DNA of 64,000 nt from an uncultured virus (IMG/VR IMGVR_UViG_3300034374_006354) (taxonomy: Duplodnaviria > Heunggongvirae > Uroviricota > Caudoviricetes). A program made the translations under genes and the position numbers. Under the pieces are notes generated by a model, which searched no databases, had not been told where the DNA came from, and worked only from the letters and a program-made list of their open reading frames with translations. Position 1 is the first letter of the stretch, and every line of letters begins with the position of its first letter. Below are positions 59,035 to 64,000 of this stretch, piece by piece. The stretch lies in the IMG/VR virus record IMGVR_UViG_3300034374_006354, one strand, 5' to 3'.

Positions 59035-59673
59035 TTATTTATCCTTAAAGGCTAGTGCAGCTCCCTTAAGCCTTCCTACAGCAATATTACATCTAGTCAT
59101 TTCCTTATCAGAAACATGATCTGCTTCATGAGAAGCAAAAGAGCAATAGGTAACTGCAGTAGCATCTAGTCCTTTAATTTCTTCTGTAGATATATGAAAT
59201 AAAGCAGCAGATTTAACACCTTCAGCCAGATATACCCTTTTAAGAGCACAATCTGGCATATCATCTACCTTAAATCTCATACTATTCTTGATAATAATTT
59301 CTTTAATCCTAGACCTATAATCATCATCCAATTCGAAGTGGACATAATTAATAGGTACTTGACCTCTTAATCTCATTTGCAGAATAGAGGAGGTCCACTG
59401 GGGGTTATATTTACCATTCCAAGCCCTAAATACTAAAAACCGATCAAGACTAGTATGTTGCAATATACCCCTAATATCTTCCTCGATATGATCCCATTCC
59501 TGTATAAATTCAGCAAAGTCTAAAGCCTTCCTACTAAAATCCATTTCTGCTTTAGCTTGAGATAACATAATATTTTGTTGTCGTATTTTTCTTTGCCCTA
59601 ATAAGGCAGTAATACAGACACCCAAAAAGGTAATACCAGCCACAATAATAGCTGTCCAATCCAGTCCTAACAT
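59035..59673 (-). CDS. Membrane-anchored protein next to the holin
   Basis: Single N-terminal TM helix followed by a globular domain. Confidence 0.6.
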   Translation of the reverse strand: MLGLDWTAIIVAGITFLGVCITALLGQRKIRQQNIMLSQAKAEMDFSRKALDFAEFIQEWDHIEEDIRGILQHTSLDRFLVFRAWNGKYNPQWTSSILQMRLRGQVPINYVHFELDDDYRSRIKEIIIKNSMRFKVDDMPDCALKRVYLAEGVKSAALFHISTEEIKGLDATAVTYCSFASHEADHVSDKEMTRCNIAVGRLKGAALAFKDK

Positions 59674-59806
59674 TAGTGTTCCCCTTAGGGATAAGTTGTT
59701 TAGGTTTAGTTAATAACATCAACTAGCCTCTTCCTATAGGATTCCTTAGTAAGCTTCCGCTAAGGGGTTCCTATAGGGTCATTAATGATATACCGGGGTC
59801 TATTTT

Positions 59807-59823
59807 CTATAGGGTGATCAATT
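59807..59823 (-). promoter_or_regulatory. Phage RNAP promoter motif AATTGATCACCCTATAG heading the lysis/packaging/head operon
   Basis: Identical to 31829-31845. Confidence 0.8.
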
Positions 59824-59844
59824 CATTCCCGGCAGTTTTTAGTT

Positions 59845-59861
59845 CTTTAATGTGATCAATT
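59845..59861 (-). promoter_or_regulatory. Phage RNAP promoter motif AATTGATCACATTAAAG
   Basis: Identical to 60226-60242. Confidence 0.7.
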
Positions 59862-60195
59862 AGTTACTCCCATCAACAACCTGTTTAAGATAATCCATTG
59901 CTTCCTTACCTTTTAATCGCTTTTGTCGTTGTTTTCTGAGCCTTTCATTGTGACAATCTTTACAGATTTTGTTTCTTCCAAGGGGTTTACGCTTATTAAG
60001 CCCAAAGTTTGAAGCATCCTTCTCTGTGTGACAAGCAGAGCACGTAATGGGATCACTTGTTGGTTCGTAGTTGAATTTCTTGGCATACTCCCTCTGACAC
60101 TCTAAACACTTATAGGAATAACCTCTCTTCTTGGAGCTATCCATAGGAAATCTATATTCCGGTTTCGTTTCTTTACAAGTAGAACATTTTAACAT
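59860..60195 (-). CDS. Zinc-finger protein (HNH-associated CxxC repeats, no nuclease motif seen)
   Basis: CSTC..CLEC and CSAC..CKDC; GGAGG SD. Confidence 0.7.
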   Translation of the reverse strand: MLKCSTCKETKPEYRFPMDSSKKRGYSYKCLECQREYAKKFNYEPTSDPITCSACHTEKDASNFGLNKRKPLGRNKICKDCHNERLRKQRQKRLKGKEAMDYLKQVVDGSN

Positions 60196-60225
60196 ATTTC
60201 CTCCATATTAAATTATTCTATTCTT

Positions 60226-60242
60226 CTTTAATGTGATCAATT
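60226..60242 (-). promoter_or_regulatory. Phage RNAP promoter motif AATTGATCACATTAAAG
   Basis: Intergenic copy of the 17-mer. Confidence 0.7.
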
Positions 60243-60410
60243 TGATCCTTCCAAAAAATTTTTTACTAATTCCCTATAGACCTTCGCTCAGTCGCTATCG
60301 CCTACGCTCTATGCTCCTTCGCTTAAAACCCTCATTTATTTGATAGCGCTACGCTTTTGCTCAAGGTATTGAGCTCTCTATAGGACAAAACTTAAATAAA
60401 GGAAGCTTAA

Positions 60411-60635
60411 ATGATAATCCCAGTAATCGCTGGTAGCTACCAAGAATTCCTATACTGGAGAAAAGGACAACCCGTAGACGACTATAGGTATATCCCTGTT
60501 AACACCATAGACCCCTTAAGAGGCACTAGGTTCACTGAAATAAAAAAGATAGGCACTTATCTAGACAGATGGAGCCTTGATACCCTACGTGAATTAGAAC
60601 TATTAGAAATTAATATATCATCAAGATATAAATAA
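60411..60635 (+). CDS. hypothetical protein
   Basis: AAGGA SD; first gene of the plus-strand block. Confidence 0.6.
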   Translation: MIIPVIAGSYQEFLYWRKGQPVDDYRYIPVNTIDPLRGTRFTEIKKIGTYLDRWSLDTLRELELLEINISSRYK

Positions 60636-60647
60636 AGGAGCCCTTAA

Positions 60648-60965
60648 ATGAAATCATTAGTGATCATAGCGGTCCTACTAATGATTCCATTAAGGACCCT
60701 AGGTGACATAGAGATAGACCTCTCTATCCCTAGATATAATGATTATGATGTAATTAAATCAGGCAAATTAGAATGTCGACAAGCAGTTACTTCACACAAA
60801 AAAGTAGAGATTGGTATAGTAGATGGTAAGATATACTCTAGATTAATCATTCCTATTGGCAAAAGACCCAAGAGGTTTGATTGTAGTAAATTATATGACT
60901 TAGTCATTAAAGAACTAGAATTGAGACTTTTAAGGTCTTATGATGCAAAGGAATTAACTCAATGA
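60648..60965 (+). CDS. hypothetical secreted protein
   Basis: AAGGAG SD; signal-peptide-like N-terminus. Confidence 0.65.
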   Translation: MKSLVIIAVLLMIPLRTLGDIEIDLSIPRYNDYDVIKSGKLECRQAVTSHKKVEIGIVDGKIYSRLIIPIGKRPKRFDCSKLYDLVIKELELRLLRSYDAKELTQ

Positions 60966-61219
60966 ATATTAAGGAAATAGCTACCATTGTGATAGGTACT
61001 GTGTCCATTACTTTGTCCATTTTAGGTTGGATGGAGTTAAGATTTAGCACAAAACAAGAAGCTGAGTTCAGACACATAGAAACCCAAATGGGTATTAATG
61101 ATATTAGATTAAGGTCATTCGAAGAAAGGGGCATTGATAACCTTGATGAAACAGAGAAGAGAATATATGAAGCCCTTAAAGATACACAAGCTAATTTAGC
61201 AGAAAGGAGGGCTAAATAA
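60962..61219 (+). CDS. hypothetical membrane protein
   Basis: N-terminal TM segment; ATGA overlap with the upstream gene. Confidence 0.65.
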   Translation: MNIKEIATIVIGTVSITLSILGWMELRFSTKQEAEFRHIETQMGINDIRLRSFEERGIDNLDETEKRIYEALKDTQANLAERRAK

Positions 61220-61521
61220 TGAGAAGCATTAAGGACATGTATAGCGGCACAAGAGTTATTCTCTTAGGGCTAGTGGGTATTCTATCCTTGCTATATATGT
61301 TTAACGTATATGCCCACCGTAACCAACATCATAATGATTGGCATGTGTATAGCAATACCATGAATGGTTATATGAGTATCATCAATACCTCTAATCATTG
61401 GCATGTGTGTACCATTGGTGTGTACCAATTTGAACTACCACCTGCTAGACTCAACCAATATGGACAGGTAGTACCTTCAGAATCAAGGAGGTATCCCGCA
61501 GGGCCATGGGGGTGTTATTAA
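61219..61521 (+). CDS. hypothetical protein with TM/signal segment
   Basis: AGGAGG SD; TAATG overlap. Confidence 0.6.
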   Translation: MRSIKDMYSGTRVILLGLVGILSLLYMFNVYAHRNQHHNDWHVYSNTMNGYMSIINTSNHWHVCTIGVYQFELPPARLNQYGQVVPSESRRYPAGPWGCY

Positions 61522-61744
61522 GGGGTCGTCTAGCGATTCCAAGAGATACAAGATAAGAATAGAAATGGTCGGGACTGTTTCTAGTAAGGGGTCATCTAAC
61601 GACTCCAATGACCCTTAGTGGTTCCTTAACTTCGTGATGGGCGGAGCTAGTGGAATCATTAGGGGTCTTTTTACGGGGAGTCATATAGGGTTCTTTAGTG
61701 GTCTTTGGTGGGGGTATATGGTTCCCTAGTGGTCTTTGGTGGGG
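61519..61744. repeat. Two pairs of short direct repeats in a non-coding region
   Basis: 24-mer at 61519-61542 and 61585-61608 (3 mismatches); identical 18-mer tagtggtctttggtgggg at 61696-61713 and 61727-61744. Confidence 0.8.
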
Positions 61745-62240
61745 ATATATGGTATATGATGGGGTGTATTCGAACCCTGCTATATGTATGAAATCAAATT
61801 CATTCGATCCCCTAATGCAAACTTGGTCTCTCCCTACACAAGATCAATATGCGAGAAAAAAGAATCAAAGAGGGACCATATGCCCCCACTATGCCTCCCA
61901 CATACCTCACCACTCGGGAATCACCCGGCATCCACGGTGATACCATGTAAGATTATGTAGGTTTCAAGAGTGCTCCTCTCTGCCCCTCTCTGGGACATTA
62001 AGAAAAGCTATACCTAGGCCATGGGTAGGCCATTAATTGTCCTTAGTGGTCATATATGGTTCACTGGTGGTCATTAGTGGTGAGGGTTTTAATTAGAGAG
62101 TGATTTAATGATTTATTAATGGTTATCCGTGGACTAACTGATATTTCTCTTTATAAGCAAAGATTGAGTTTTTACACGCAATAATATGCATAGTTATTTA
62201 TATTTGTTAAATAGATTGATTTTACATTACCCCCTCTTAT

Positions 62241-62257
62241 AATTGATCACTCTAAAG
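62241..62257 (+). promoter_or_regulatory. Phage RNAP promoter motif AATTGATCACTCTAAAG
   Basis: Plus-strand copy upstream of a plus-strand gene. Confidence 0.75.
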
Positions 62258-62272
62258 AACGAACAATAATAA

Positions 62273-62965
62273 GTGATTGATATGTATAAAGTATGTAAGA
62301 CTTGTGACTTAACTAAACAGGAAAAAAGCTTTCACAAAAATATTAAAGGAAGAGACGGTTTACGTAGCTCCTGTAAGGATTGTGAAAGAGAAAAGCGAAA
62401 AAGCAAACTACAGTTAGTAGAGAGAAAATGTAATACTTGTAAGAGAATAAAACCCCTAACAGAGGAATACTTTATATCTTGTGATTCTCCTTCTCACTTT
62501 AACTTTACGAGAAAATGTTTAGAGTGTATTAAAACATGTAACAGTTGTGGAATTAAAAAAGAGTTAAAAGATTTTCCTAAAAATAACTTTCATAAATCAG
62601 GATATGCTAACCGTTGCAAATCTTGTCAATTAGAATATCTAGATAAATATGGTGCAAAGAAATCTACAGCTAAAAAGAGTAAATATAGAAGAGAACGCAA
62701 TTCTCTATTTATCTCTAGGGTTAAGATGAGATTAGGCTGTCAATGTTGTGGATATAAAGAGCATCCTTCTGCTTTAGATTTCGATCATATAGACCCTTCT
62801 ACTAAGAACTCTAATGATTACTCCGCTATGAATAGTAATTGGAGTAGGAAAAGGATAAAAGAAGAGATGAGGAAATGTAGAGTATTGTGTGCTAATTGTC
62901 ATCGTATTCACTCTCATGGACATCACTACTCTAAATACCCCGGTTTAAATACACCTACCATTTAA
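62273..62965 (+). CDS. HNH endonuclease with tandem zinc fingers
   Basis: Three pairs of CxxC motifs, then CQCCG...ALDFDHIDPSTK...KCRVLCANCHRIH. Confidence 0.85.
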   Translation: MIDMYKVCKTCDLTKQEKSFHKNIKGRDGLRSSCKDCEREKRKSKLQLVERKCNTCKRIKPLTEEYFISCDSPSHFNFTRKCLECIKTCNSCGIKKELKDFPKNNFHKSGYANRCKSCQLEYLDKYGAKKSTAKKSKYRRERNSLFISRVKMRLGCQCCGYKEHPSALDFDHIDPSTKNSNDYSAMNSNWSRKRIKEEMRKCRVLCANCHRIHSHGHHYSKYPGLNTPTI

Positions 62966-63011
62966 GATCATTATGGACCACGTTAGAACCCCTTATAAAT
63001 CAATAAGATAA

Positions 63012-63028
63012 AATTGATCACTCTATAG
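63012..63028 (+). promoter_or_regulatory. Phage RNAP promoter motif AATTGATCACTCTATAG
   Basis: Same sequence as the minus-strand copy at 16602-16618. Confidence 0.78.
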
Positions 63029-63049
63029 GACTAGTCCCCGGGGGAACCT

Positions 63050-63160
63050 ATTAATATATCATTAATATATCATTAATGATCATTAATATTCATTAATATA
63101 TCATATATGATCCTTCATTATTCCTTCATATATCCCTTCATTATTCCTTCATTATTCCTT
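63050..63160 (+). repeat. AT-rich short tandem repeats
   Basis: Several (atat)cattaat units followed by ccttcattatt units. Confidence 0.8.
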
Positions 63161-63274
63161 TAAGAATCCCTGGATGATCCTATAGGACTCTGTTAGTTAG
63201 GTTATCATTAATATAACCCTAATAAAGAAACCCCTTAATTAACAAACAAAACAACAAACAAAAGAGTAATTAGT

Positions 63275-63631
63275 ATGTATAAATATATGACTATAGTCCT
63301 ATTAGGGTTAATCCTAGTAGGGTGTGAGAAGATAGAGGTGGAACCTGTTACCACTACAGTTAAAAAGAAACAGGAAGGATATGTTATACCAGATAGATTT
63401 AGTTGTGAGGCATATAGAGTAGATGAGGAGAATATAGAGAGATCATGTGGGATGCATGATAGTAAAGGATGTGTATATATTAAGGAAAGTAGGAGTGTAT
63501 ATAAGGGTATAGATTTGGTAGAGGCACATAAGTATGATATGCCTCATATGACTATATTCTTTACTACTAGAGGTACTCTTAGACATGAGTTTGATCATAT
63601 TACTGATGGTCCTAAACATGTAGGTGAGTAA
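63275..63631 (+). CDS. Putative lipoprotein with HExxH motif
   Basis: Lipobox-like ILVGC; C-terminal LRHEFDH. Confidence 0.6.
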   Translation: MYKYMTIVLLGLILVGCEKIEVEPVTTTVKKKQEGYVIPDRFSCEAYRVDEENIERSCGMHDSKGCVYIKESRSVYKGIDLVEAHKYDMPHMTIFFTTRGTLRHEFDHITDGPKHVGE

Positions 63632-63651
63632 AAAAAAAAGATATATAAATG

Positions 63652-63713
63652 ACCCCCTATGACAATAGGTATAGACCCAATTAAGGGAATACCTAAGTCA
63701 TAGGGGGTTTTTT
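63652..63713. terminator. Long hairpin between convergent genes, probable bidirectional terminator
   Basis: accccctatgac/gtcatagggggt and taggtat/ataccta stems with a T-tract after. Confidence 0.75.
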
Positions 63714-63861
63714 ATTGATCTTCATCATAGGGATAGTCTATAGGAGTATCCTCTGATAATAGTAGATAAACTATCATAATACAGAGAACTATACCTGTTA
63801 TGATTATAAATGCCATACCTAGTAAGGCTAGTATTGTTACTATTGTTAATAGGGTATTCAT
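63712..63861 (-). CDS. small membrane protein (49 aa)
   Basis: Manual translation MNTLLTIVTILALLGMAFIIITGIVLCIMIVYLLLSEDTPIDYPYDEDQ; GAGGA SD. Confidence 0.55.
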   Translation of the reverse strand: MNTLLTIVTILALLGMAFIIITGIVLCIMIVYLLLSEDTPIDYPYDEDQ

Positions 63862-64000
63862 AAATTATTCCTCGTAAGAGACTACAATATACCTATATCC
63901 TTTGTAATATAGTTCTTTTGCAAGTTGATTAGAAGCTATTGTAAGGCCTCTGGCTTTACCGTCTAGGTGTACTTTGCCATACATAGTAACATGTAGTTTT

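Noticed and set aside
993..59055. Numerous plus-strand ORFs of 60-170 aa in the ORF track
   Set aside because: They are antisense shadows of well-supported minus-strand genes, with no recognisable motifs.
61698..61940. 80-aa plus-strand ORF
   Set aside because: It runs through DNA repeats, has a GTG start and shows atypical composition; more likely non-coding.
61519..63160. CRISPR array
   Set aside because: The repeats occur only as pairs or micro-tandems, without regular unique spacers.

Overview
Roughly 64 kb of a lytic tailed-phage genome, almost all on the minus strand. It combines a siphovirus-type morphogenesis module (terminase, portal, capsid, major tail, G/GT chaperones, tape measure, tail tip, giant repetitive fibre) with a T7-like replication module (family A DNA polymerase, primase-helicase, exonuclease, SSB). 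The standout is that it encodes two T7-type single-subunit RNA polymerases. One is a conventional ~754-aa enzyme interrupted by a group I intron at catalytic motif A. The other is a 1483-aa protein between the portal and scaffold genes, with an N-terminal MuF (SPP1 gp7-like) minor head domain fused to a polymerase domain carrying motifs A, B and C. It is inferred to be a virion-packaged, injected RNA polymerase. Two repeated motif classes fit a two-polymerase programme: a T7-like 17-mer (AATTGATCAC-[T/C/A]-[C/T]-TA-[T/A]-AG, 8 copies plus one variant) and a separate 37-bp motif found twice, only in the putative early region. The DNA polymerase gene carries a related group I intron. Several free-standing HNH/GIY-YIG genes are present. 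No tRNA, rRNA, CRISPR array, integrase, recognisable endolysin or small terminase was seen. All calls come from reading motifs by eye; no database searches were run.
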